Origin: Zygophlyctis sp. KS116
Taxonomy: Eukaryota; Fungi; Chytridiomycota
Direction: 5' to 3'
Length of the DNA: 32,000 bases
Assembly: GCA_054661495.1 (NCBI GenBank)
Contig: BAAFSQ010000039.1
Span: forward strand, 1 to 32,000
Position 1 is the stretch's first letter; each line of letters begins with the position of its first letter. The notes under the pieces are model-generated. The model was not told where the DNA came from and searched no databases. It was given only the letters and a program-made list of their open reading frames with translations. Both the position numbers and the translations under genes were made by a program. This document shows positions 11,274 to 23,200 of the stretch, piece after piece.

Positions 11274-13521
11274 TTAGTCTGAATTGGATGAAAAGCTAAA
11301 GAAGCCTCTTGAATCAAATTTCTGATCTTGTTTAGCGCAAGTTTTTGAACAAATCCAAGTCATTTTTGATTCCTTTGTCCTTTTCATTTCGTACATTCTA
11401 AGAGATCCAGATGCCGTACATGCTCTTGAGCATAAAGCACATACATTTATTTCACACAATTGGTTTTTTAAATGTTTTGGTAACAAAATTTTTTGAAGAT
11501 TAGATTTAGTTAGATTAATGTCCGGTTTCATCTCGTGTAGTTCATTGAGTGCTAATAGGTGTGATGCATATGATCTTATCGCAATATCTCCTAGACTAGA
11601 TATTTCTTTTGGATGCATATAAACAGCACGATCATCTCCAGATTTTGTGAATCTAGTAAATATATAGTAGAGTATAAACCACAGATCAGAATGGTCTTTA
11701 ACCTTTTCGGATGCCTCGAAAATATAGTGTACTCCACCTTTCTCGATTATTTCATCCCTGCATGCTTCAGACTCGGATATATTGAGTAATGCAACACTTC
11801 CAAATAATTGTAAAAGAAGAGGCTTAGAGCATTGTATTCTAAGATTACCACGACGATACCTATTGTTTAAACTGAATTTTTTCAACTTACAGTACTGGCT
11901 CTGGATTTGTACTGGCCATTTTATCATTACTGCTAATATTTTTTGAGTTTGAATTTTTTGAATTTTGTTTGCCACTGAAATTGTTTTTCATTGCCTTCAA
12001 TATCAATGAAATTCCGTCCGCATTCAAGACTGCAACACGATGAGTTTCTAAAAATGTGATATTTAAGACTATTACCATTTTTCATTACGATAGATCCAAG
12101 CGCAAAAATAGCCGTAGTTTGCAAAGATTCATTGTCTGAGTATCTTTTCATTGCTTTTAAGATTGTTTGAACTCCTTGATTTTCACTGACAATCGTATCT
12201 GGGATGGTGAAATTGAAAAAAAGATGTGCCAAAGCAAAGCATGATGTGATTTGGAACATGACGTTTGAAAAATACCTGTTCATGGAAGCGAATATGATTA
12301 TCACAATGCTTTCTTTAAATTGATTGAGTGATATTCCTAGATATTAATCAAATCTTTTTACCAGAATTCGCTAGAGCCCCGACTGCATGAAGAGCTGCTG
12401 AAACAAGTTCTACATGGTTTTGATGATTTTCTAAAGATTTTATAATTAGCTGGGTAAAATCAGACTGATCTATTGTTTCTCGTCCTATGGTTCCTAAACA
12501 TGCCATAGCATGAAATGCTTGAATATGTAGCTCGACTGCATTTGGATGAAGTTTCATTGCTTTCAAAATCAAACCGCATCCTCCATTTGTTATGATATGC
12601 TAAATGTTATATACAATCTGTGCAGGCTTTACCTTGGCATTCGCATCTAAAATATTATTAAAATAAAATATTTACCATGACAGCATAAGTTTGCTAACGT
12701 TGCAAATAATTCTGTTTGTACGTCTGGGAGATTCATGAACCTCGCCATGTTATCAAGAACTTGCTGGATACAGCCATCCTCCAACATAGAGACTCTGTTA
12801 TGCTCTACTGATGCCATATTAGCAAGTGTCGCTGAGGAATCTATTTGAATTCTCATGTTTGTTGGAAATGCCTTCATAATTTGGAGGATCAGAGCAGTCC
12901 CCTGATTTTGTCCGATAGTGGAGGCCAGCTTCTCTTTTTTTAAGTCAGTTATATATTACCAAGGCGAGAAAATATTCTCATTAGTTTCATGCATACTATA
13001 AACTGTTCTCTGATGAAATCGAATGCTGTATCTGAGATTGATCTGTAAGGTGGATGTAATGTTGCGATCGCAGACCACCCAAATGTCATTATATATCTAA
13101 TAATTGCCTCTCCGCATTCTAAATTAGTGGAGAAATAATGCTCATGGTCCAAATCTATTTCCAATTGGTTTAATCGACTTACAGTTTCGGACAGATGTAA
13201 AACAGTCCAGAAATGAGTTCATATACTACAGATATTAATTGATCGCTGACATACAGAATTGCTTATGCATTTTTTATTTGATATGCTGTCATTAAAGCTG
13301 ATTGTAGTAGATTCTAAGGAATTTACATCGAAATCAATAGGAAAGATTCGTGAAATATGCTTGAAGAGATCATCCAAGGTAAACGGACTGATGTCTAATG
13401 GAATTATAGATACGTTGTCTTTCTTAGAATCAGACATGTTTACAATCAGAATATTTGATTTTGGCTCGGATGATTGGTTGACGTAATCTCTCCGGTACAG
13501 TGTGTTGGAGATTAACTGCAT
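11274..13521 (-). CDS. Armadillo-repeat protein with C-terminal SOCS/BC-box-like and Cys-rich segment
   Basis: Repeated 'G...ILKAMK.H/Y...LQ..A..AL.NL' ARM units across several exons; C-terminal CALC...CSKTC. Confidence 0.7.
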
Positions 13522-13559
13522 TTACAGCAACCGTAATTCAAGATAATCTTGCATTTTAT

Positions 13560-15590
13560 TTAAGATGAAGGCTTAAAAATATCAGGAGAAAGATCATGGA
13601 TTAGACGCATAGCATTTCTTTTTCCAACTTCGTCTGGAAATAGTTTTGTAGGCGTAGTTGAGTTGTCTTGCTTAGGAGAATCGCCAAAATCTATCGGAAA
13701 AGCTGAGTGAAGCAGCTCATATGTAGCCAAAGTAACACCAAATTGTGGTGACGATCGAAAAACTCGGGCTAAACCACCTTTGAAAAAAGCTTTGGGTCCC
13801 TCTTCTCTCATTATTTTTACAAAAGCATCTCTAATCCCACTGTAAGTTGTATCTCCTTTTCGAGCTTGAACTTGCAATCTGGTTTTGATTACATCAGCTG
13901 GAGTAACTAAATAAGCCGCAGGCACACCTGCAGATGCTCCTGATATCAAGAGCTGAAATTAAAAAATCTTGAATTACCTCTCCTATGCTTAGTTTTTTTC
14001 CATTCTTTCCTTCATCAAAAACATCTTTCTTCATATGGGCGTAAACTGGAAAATAAATAGCAGAGAACGGAATGTCTCTTAAGAGACATGCACTGACACC
14101 TTTGTAAAGACCGACCAAACCAAGTTGCCTGACTATAGAAGCCGCAGACATTCTAGCTGGAACCTCTACTCCTTCCACTGTAGCCGTCCTGATGATTTCA
14201 CCCTGTACTACATAATTAAAGGAGCAATAGTATTACCTTGTAATCTAATTTTCACAATCTCCAATGGGTTTGTAAATAGCACCTGACTTCCTCCAGCACT
14301 TGCACCAGCTAATATCTCGGCATATAAAGGGATTTCACCCGTTTTAGAATCCTTAAATCTTCCTCTTATTAAATCATTCATGGCCAACTTGATTGCCTTT
14401 TCAGGAGCGACTTAATTATTTATTTTAGAGATAACATACCACCTACAAGCTGCGGCAAAAGTCCAGAATACAATCCTACAAATCCCTCATTTCTGAATAC
14501 TTTTTTGAAACAATCAATCGAGTTCTTATACAAAACCTGTCCGACTACTTTACTCCTCTGATTCTGAATTCTTGTTTTCACCAAATCTATTATAATTAAC
14601 AATAAAACGATCATTACCAATAGGATAAACAAAGGTAGCACCAACAGCTCCAGCTACTGAACCGAGTGCAAAATTATAAATCCCTTTCAGTACTTCAGAC
14701 CAACCGGATAACTTTTTAGTTTCAGAGACTTTTGCCTGTGATTCCACTCCATAATTTGGATATAATAGTTTTTGAAATGCGCTTGCTGGAATTTCTTCAT
14801 TTAGACTACTATTTGGACTAGTCACTAGTTTAAAAATAGTGTCTATTTCAATCGGAGTAAATCCATCAAAAGTGCTAGACTTTGCCGATGCCCTAAATAA
14901 TGATTGCCTAGTAATTAGACCATCTTTAGATTCTGAAGCCGCTAAAGAAATTGCATTTTCTACTGAATCAAGATTTTTTAAAACATTCATTAGAGCCATT
15001 ACGCTTCCAAAAGAAACATTTGAATCAGGATAGAGAGTTTGTAACCTATCAATGGTCGCTGGAGATAATCTATGACCGGCTATTTCCAAAACTAATTCCT
15101 GAAAACTTTTTTGAGAGATGTAGCCAGATTTTTCTTTATCTTTTGCCTTAAATTCTATTACGACTCGTTCATTTTGAAGGCCTTTAATTAATTGAGCAAA
15201 TTCAGGATAAGAAATTGGTTTATCTTCTGTCCCAAGATATAAATTAACAGTGTCAATTCCAAACTTATCTTTAGTATTTTTTGACCAAAAGTTTTTGAAT
15301 TGATTTACTTTGAGCACACCGGCGTATTGAGAATCAATAATTCTAAAAAGAATTTCAAACTCTGCATCAGGTTTAGATAGCAATGCTTCGAATGCCAAAA
15401 AATCTGCTTTAGAAATCTGTCCAGTTTTGCTTCTATCTGCCGCCTGAAACAGAATTCCATAGTTGGATTTATCAATATTATAAAAATCAACCGGGGGAGA
15501 AATTGCTGCTATGAAATTATCTTTGGTCATAAAAGAGACCCCATTCTCAGTCGTCGCATAATCATCAAACAGTTTATTCAGTCTGTCCAT
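13560..15590 (-). CDS. AGC1: Ca2+-binding mitochondrial aspartate/glutamate carrier (aralar/citrin/Agc1)
   Basis: N-terminal EF-hands ([18 protein letters not shown]); [49 protein letters not shown] and [10 protein letters not shown]. Confidence 0.93.
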
Positions 15591-15706
15591 ACCAGCGCTA
15601 ATAATGTTTGTTTACGGCGGCGTAAAGATTTCCTGATCAGTTCAACGCAGCCCTAATGACTTTAGTTGACGCCATCAGTTCAGATAAAATACGTTATATG
15701 AGATTT

Positions 15707-18499
15707 TTACACTGTATTAATCTGACTCAAAGATCCGCATTCTACCCATCTTCTGTACGATTCATAACGATTCAAATCCTGATTTGTAGTTGGTAAAATA
15801 AACTTATTGGTGATTTTTGAAGACTCCACGTATATAGCATATAAAATCTCGGCACTCATTGGGTCTTTCAATGATTGTCGATTTAAAATTTCTACGGTTC
15901 TTGGGAATCGAGAAATACACCCAACAGATTCACCAAAGTTTGTGTGATTTTGAAAAATAGAGTAATCTGCATGAAGGGATGGTGGGTTGGAATCCATAGA
16001 TATAGATTCGGATTGGAATTTTTCGACATATTTTTCGTATATTTTCTCCTCTTCTTCTGAAATAGTTGCATTTATCAGAGCTTTTGATAGGTCAGAAGAT
16101 AAAATATGAGATGAATCTGATTTTAAAGGACGCTTAGAAGGACTATATAATTTAGAATATAGTCTTTTATCCTTTGGAGGAGTATCTGGGGGTTTATCAT
16201 TGTCAGAGTCATCACGCAAAGGCTTCCTGTTTGAATCACTAGATAGAGTGAGCCAGGGTTTTACTCCTCCAATGTTTAGAGAATACATCATTAAAGATCG
16301 ATTGGGATTTGCAGAATTATTGAATTGAACGCAAAAAGGAGATTGGAGATCTTCTTCTCTAGATCTAAAGCGTAAATTATGGTATATTACCTGGTTCCTG
16401 TACTCATGGTACTTATCATGTGAAAAGCAAACAGATTAGTAAAAGTAGTAAGTTGGTGAGGGCGGTAATATTCAACAAAGACTGATTCATGAGTTATGTT
16501 TTGGCCGTAATCAGTAATAGAATCTATATTTTTATCTGGAATTAACTGCTCAGATGAATCAGTCCACCATTTCCTATAGCTTTTGACGGGTTCACGCTGA
16601 CGGGGATCTACATTATGCAATAAGAAATCATTTGGAAGGTCCCATAAGTGTGTTTTACCGTCTGGAATAAAATTTCCCAGGAATAAATTCATAGCGTCCT
16701 GTTTTTCAGCATCAGTAAAGGAATTGCTGTAATATCTTCTAATGGATTCTATCATGTCTCGGGAATGAGATGTCCAAGGAGATATCTTTCGATAAGTTTC
16801 CATCGTATTGACCAAATGACTTCCCCCATATTGTAAAGCAATCGTATCACCGTGATCGTGATACATCACATTCAATAGATTGACTGCATCAGAATCAAAA
16901 GGAACTGTAGGGGCAGAAATAATCCCCAGAGCAAATAGTTGATGGGCTAGTGCTTCTTTTGCAACAACAAATTGAGCTGCATTCGTTCGATCTAAGCAGT
17001 CAACACAATTAGTTCTTAAAATTCCATGCTGGAGGCGTTCATTTTCTCTTGTCTTTGAACCAGCCAAAATATTTGTAAAAGGCTCTGGGCCGCTATGAAA
17101 GAATCCTACTTTTTGAATGACTTCTTCTGCAATATTTTCCAACACAGTTATGACATCTTGATTATTTGACTTTGAAGCATGTGCCATATCCCAAGCTATA
17201 TATTTTATTTTCTTATCCTCTGGTGGAAATTGATTCAAGTAAAGAATTAAATCACTAAATTGATCCAAAAGTATAGCTTCTCTTTTAACTTTTTCTTTAT
17301 TCTATAAATTTTAATTATAGCATGATGTACCTTTACCAAATTTAATACGATTATAGGAGTCCCGTATCGTTTCATTAACTGATCAAAATGTTTCGCAGCT
17401 GCAGTATAAAACGGATCCACAATATTCAAAATTATTGGAGGTTTAGCCACCATCCCAGTTGTATCTTGAGACCAAAATAATGGAATCGACCCTCTTTAAT
17501 CATAAAAAACATAAAATCAAAATACCTATGCTGAACAAATGAAGTAAATGAAGCGTTTTTTCCTTGCCTAGTCTGAGGGAATGCAAAAAAAGTAGTTTTA
17601 GCATCATGTACTATTTGTTCCGTCTCAACATCATTTGCAACATATCCTTGATCATTCACTCCTCTCTTTAAAAACCTCGCGCCTGCAAAGTACCTAGAAC
17701 GCCTTCCAATCAGAGTGACAAATATATTGTGAGAATATATAGAAATTTCTAGTATTAAAGACTATTATTTACTAGCTTGATCAACAAAACCATGAATAAT
17801 TGGTAAAACCCAATCTGTACTTAAATCATCAGATTGTCTAGTTAAAAAGAAATTCCACATAAACATATCTGAAATTTTTAGATGCACTTTTTTAGTCAAA
17901 TTCACTTGTAAAGACTGTGTAATATCATAAGTATACGAAAAATAAAAGTTTTTTGAAAGATCCACCTGGTCAAAAATCTGTAGATACCTAAAAAAATCAT
18001 TTAGATATTATAACCTTGATTCCTCTGCCTTATTTTCCTTCTTAGTGAGAGGTCCTGGTATATAAATTTTTTGAGTTTCATCTACATGATAAATACAATG
18101 ACCTCCAATCAGTCTATTAATTAATCCAAGAAATAATACGCAACAGGTGATTTTTTAGTAATAATGATTAGATAGTATCCCTCCAAGAACCTGATAAACC
18201 CAACAATCCCATAGAAATGCGTCACCAACCTAAATCCCGTTGAGCGATTTCCCAATTCAAGCGTATTTAACAATTCATACATTTGTTCCTTTGAATAAGC
18301 AATCCCATCATCTGAGAGTGCTAAATCATGCGTCAGAGTACGATCTATCTTGAGAATACGAAAATGCACATCGTCATGATTACATCCAACAATGTAGAAT
18401 CTCTAAAAATCACTGTGGAAACTTACCGTTTTTGTTTCGTATAAACTGTATTTACTAAATAATTAAGAAGAAATATTACTTTAGAGTAAGTTTTGACAT
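15707..18499 (-). CDS. FIG4: PI(3,5)P2 5-phosphatase FIG4 (SAC domain)
   Basis: Spliced start [22 protein letters not shown]...RILKIDRT; [21 protein letters not shown], catalytic [12 protein letters not shown] and [16 protein letters not shown]. Confidence 0.95.
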
Positions 18500-18589
18500 T
18501 TTCACGACAGAAATTGTAAAAATTAAAAGAATTTATAGTTTAAACTTGAATCAGTTATCTACTTTCCTGTCAAGAAAACTAAAACTAAT

Positions 18590-18662
18590 TGCAGAATGTG
18601 AGGATCGAACTCACGACCTTAGGATTATGAGACCTACGCTCTACCAACGGAGCTCATTCTGC
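18590..18662 (-). tRNA. tRNA-Met(CAT), elongator type
   Basis: Reverse complement GCAGAATGAGCTCCGTTGGTAGAGCGTAGGTCTCATAATCCTAAGGTCGTGAGTTCGATCCTCACATTCTGCA: 7-bp acceptor stem, anticodon loop CT-CAT-AA, TTCGA T-loop and G1-C72. Confidence 0.93.
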
Positions 18663-18773
18663 GATAAAATTGGAAATTTGCACTCCTTTATATATCAATA
18701 AAAAAATGTAACTGTCTTTTAAAATTCAAAATTCTTAAGCTCATTTTATTAAAAAAGAAAAAGAATAAAAGCT

Positions 18774-19284
18774 TTATTCCCTCTCTGCAGCACTTTTTTC
18801 TCTTGCAGCTTGAGATTCTTTCTGAATTAATTGTAATTTAGTCTGCATTATTTCAACAACTGCACCTCTTTGATCTTGTTTTGTATTAATTGTAATTTCT
18901 AAAGAATCCATATTTTCCTTTAATAATCCAATTTTTCTTGAATAAAAATCATTTGCAGATGCTACATCCATATCTACATAATACCCTGTTCCAACATCAA
19001 CCATTACATTTTTAACATCACTCATTACCCCTTTCACGTACAAAGACTGTGTCATTGGAACAAGACAAGATTTATCTATTAAAATTAATTTAGAATTTTA
19101 TACCTTGATTGTTATTATTAAAACTCTTTAATGCTGCTTGACCATTATGAAAAGATACCAATGCAGACTTTAATTTTCCATAAGAACTAGTCAGTAGATT
19201 TAAATCTTTTTCTAATTCTTGCTTGATCATTTGGAGTTGCTGTAGAGGCAATTGTTGTATTGGAACGGATCCTTGTTCCATCAT
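18774..19284 (-). CDS. PFDN5: Prefoldin subunit 5
   Basis: Two exons; LVPMTQSLYVKG and VMVDVGTGYYV alpha-prefoldin motifs. Confidence 0.92.
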
Positions 19285-19402
19285 TTTTTTAAGTTTTACC
19301 TAGTCTTTTAAAGATTCAGAGTTCGATTCCCACTGCTTGTTGATTTATTCACTTTTTTTTCTATTGGAGCGTTCGGGTTTGTGAGGTGCCACAATTTACT
19401 AA

Positions 19403-20056
19403 ATGTTGAAAATCATATTCTTTTTATCAATATTTTCAATCGGAAATACTGCAAATGTATTTGACGATACTATAGAAATTTCAAGCTCAGATTCGATTAC
19501 ATCTAAAAATATAGATTGGGATTATCCAACTGATGAACGATCAAGAAGAGCAAGTTTTACAGTTCCAGAATATATAGATTTGAATTTCTTGGATGATTTG
19601 GATGCATTACAAAAAGATCCAATTTTACAAGGTGCAATTTCTATAGATAAAGACACTAATAGCATTCAAGAAACTCAAAAAGTCTCTCATAATGATTTGA
19701 AGAAAGATTCGCCAACAAAAGACAGAGTATACAGATTAAAAAAGTCTAGAAATTCAAAAGACACTTTTAGAAATAATCAAAGATCTCTAATTGCAAAAGC
19801 TTTGGGAGAGAAATTACAAGTTAGACTAAAATCTGATTCAAATGTTTGTATTCCTTGGACTATGATGACTGGCGGTGATATTTTAAATTGGCCAGAAAAT
19901 GTTCCTTTTAAGAAATTACCAGAACTTAAAGTATGGGAACTTGATCAAATTGCTAAAAACTTGGATAAACTGGATTTCTCTGCGGATTTCTTGTCAAGAC
20001 TAAAGGGGATGAAATTTAAAAGGGAACCTCGTAGATCATACAAAATCAAGAATTGA
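19403..20056 (+). CDS. Putative secreted protein, one PW..GD..NWP domain (family member 1)
   Basis: Signal-peptide-like MLKIIFFLSIFSIGNTA; IPWTMMTGGDILNWPENV...LDFSADFL is homologous to the downstream genes. Confidence 0.75.
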   Translation: MLKIIFFLSIFSIGNTANVFDDTIEISSSDSITSKNIDWDYPTDERSRRASFTVPEYIDLNFLDDLDALQKDPILQGAISIDKDTNSIQETQKVSHNDLKKDSPTKDRVYRLKKSRNSKDTFRNNQRSLIAKALGEKLQVRLKSDSNVCIPWTMMTGGDILNWPENVPFKKLPELKVWELDQIAKNLDKLDFSADFLSRLKGMKFKREPRRSYKIKN

Positions 20057-20233
20057 GATTTTATTTTAGTTTTTTTTAATTTTTGATCATATTCAAGATC
20101 GAGAACTCTAAGCAGGATCTACAACTACTGATCCTTGTAGATCGTTGAAAAATTGTCTGCACGTTGGAGAATTTTATTGGGTTTGGAAATCTGTTTTTGA
20201 GCAAAATTGATTTCCGCTTTTATTGAAGTTGAT

Positions 20234-23200
20234 ATGAGATATCTTTTTAATTGGAGTTTAGTTATCTTATCTATTGGAGCATTTAAACCAAAAAATGATA
20301 ATACTCTTGGTAGCACTAAAGTTGATGGTCAAGCAGTATCGGGCAATCAAAGATTACCATTTCCCGACAACTTGAATGTTGATGATACATTGTTAATTGA
20401 AGCTGTCGATCAAACGGTTGATGAATTTGAACAATTGCTTCAAGAGGATTTTGGACTTTCTATTGACAGCGATGAGGGGATTTTGCCATCTCAGCAGAAT
20501 TCTGATATTTCTGAAAGAGGGGGCACGGTAGAGTCTCTAAAGATATCAAACTTGAAGAATGATGATCCTAAACAAGATGTGAAATTCCCTCCGAAAGCAT
20601 TCAATTCTTTTTTAAATGATGAGTCTACTACTGGTAATTTGATAATAGTTAATTTCTAGATGATGTTCAATACACTTCACATATTGATTATCTTCAGAAC
20701 GATAATCCTGAAATCCCTGATAATACGGAAAAAGGACAGTTTGCAGTTGATGACCCAATTCGTCAAGGGAATCGTATGCACCATTCTGTCTCGCAGTCAA
20801 CAATTGGCGATGATTTTAAAGATCCAGAACATTTAGAAGATGATGAAGATTGGGTTCTAGAGTTTAATAATCAAAAAAGTTCTTCTGAATCAGGAAAGAC
20901 GCCTGCATATCAGCGTACGATCTCGCAGTCAACGATTGACAATGTTGAAGACGCCCAAACTATTGAAAACCCCACGTTTAATGAAGAGATTCCTGAAAAA
21001 GAGAGTGTGGCCAAACATGAAGCTGAGACTTACATTGCTGGTACATTTAAATTATAATTTTTAGAAAATGCCCCTACTAATATAGATTTTTTCCGCAATG
21101 ATATGCCGAAAATTTCTGATAAAATGCTAGGAATAAATTTCGTTATTGATCCATTCCTTCGCCCAGTACGATTTGGAAATAGTAGATCGGAGAAGGTATG
21201 TCATGATTAAAAGCTGATTAATAGATAAAACTACCGACTTATTCAGAACTCAAAATGATGCGATCTATAATCAGAAATCATTTGCTTCAATCTATGAATA
21301 AGGGATATCAATACATGAAAAAAACCAAAAGTATTCCAGCATTTCAATCTACATATATCCCATGGACACTCATTCAAGAGGGTGATATAGTGAACTGGCC
21401 GGTTGGTGTAAAGAGTATTAGACCTTCTAAATTACCAAAATCAGATCAGTTAAAGATATATGAAAATCTGCATAGTATGTATTTTAGCTATGATTCTCTA
21501 AACAGAATTTCTACTCAAGAAAGACGAAATTATCATATCTGGAATAGAAGAGTGATTGAACTTAGTAGAGTCTTGAGTGAAAAATTACAGGAACAGTCTC
21601 AAGGGGCATCTAAACATGTCCCGTGGGACACGTTAAAGCCAGGAGATATAATTGGATGGCCTGATAGCATTGAAACCAGCAGGCCTATTTTCATTGAGCC
21701 TTCGGATTTGAAAAAGATTCTTAAAAATGTGCACATCATGCACTTTAGCCCATCATTTATTGCAAATATTCTACAGTCTAGTTCCGCACATCGGCATGAT
21801 GAATTGGAACAATTGCTTCATGAGGATTCTGGACTTTCTATTGACAGCGATGAGGGGATTTTGCCATCTCAGCAGAATTCTGATATTTCTGAAAGAGGGG
21901 GCACGGTAGAGTCTCTAAAGATATCAAACTTGAAGAATGATGATCCTAAACAAGATGTGAAATTCCCTCCGAAAGCATTCAATTCTTTTTTAAATGATGA
22001 GTCTACTACTGGTAATTTGATAATAGTTAATTTCTAGATGATGTTCAATACACTTCACATATTGATTATCTTCAGAACGATAATCCTGAAATCCCTGATA
22101 ATACGGAAAAAGGACAGTTTGCAGTTGATGACCCAATTCGTCAAGGGAATCGTATGCACCATTCTGTCTCGCAGTCAACAATTGGCGATGATTTTAAAGA
22201 TCCAGAACATTTAGAAGATGATGAAGATTGGTTTCCAGAGCTTAATAATCAGAAACGTTCTTTTGAATCAGGAACGACGACTGCACATCAGCGTACAATC
22301 TCACATTCAACGATTGACAATGTTGAAGAAGCCAAAACTATTGAAAACCCCGCGTTTAATGAAGAGATTCCTGAAATCTTTACTGACGGTATCTTTAATA
22401 ATATTGACGAACAGAAGATGTTTCTTTAAATATTGAATATTTTGATGATGAAATGCCTAAAATTTCTGATTTAAACACGGATGTTGAAAGAGATCAAATA
22501 ATTAATTCAGCACATTCGGCGGAAAACCCCAGACTGGATGATGTACGTTTTACTTTTAAGCTTATCAATAGATAAAACATACGAGGAAGCACCTCCATAG
22601 ATTTTTAGATACAAATCAATTAAAGGATAATGAATTTTCCACCGATCAAGCAACCAAGAATTCAAAAAGGCCTCGCTATGATCCAACTGACGAGACTACA
22701 GTAACAATTCAGAATGCTCCAGATGAAAAACAAGTGATTGATTTAAGTCAAACAGCAGATGAAAAAAAAGTTAATGACTTTACCGATACATCAGACAAAA
22801 CGCATGTTATTGACTTAACTGACGAATCAGATAAAGATAAAGCGCATGTTATTGACTTGACTGATACATCAGAGAATAATCAACTTGATCCTTCAATTGA
22901 TAAAGAGAGTGTGGCCAAACATGAAGCTGAGCCTTACATTGCTGGTACATTTAAATTTTAATTTTTAGATAATGCCCCTACTAATATAGATTTTTTCCGC
23001 AATGATATGCCGAAAATTTCTGATAAAATGCTAGGAATCAATTTCGTTATTGATCCAATCCTTCGCCCAGTACGATATAGAAACAGTAGATCGGAGAAGG
23101 TATGTCATAATTAAAAGCTGATTAATAGATAAAACTACCGACTTATTCAGAATTCAAAACTATGCGATCTAGAATCAGAAATCATTTGCTTCAATCTATG

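Noticed and set aside
13165-13260. Apparent in-frame TGA readthrough or recoding between ORFs 13219-13521 and 12949-13164
   Set aside because: Two tiny introns (29 nt GTATGT..TAG and 28 nt GTAAGT..TAG) flanking a short exon in another frame explain it without recoding.
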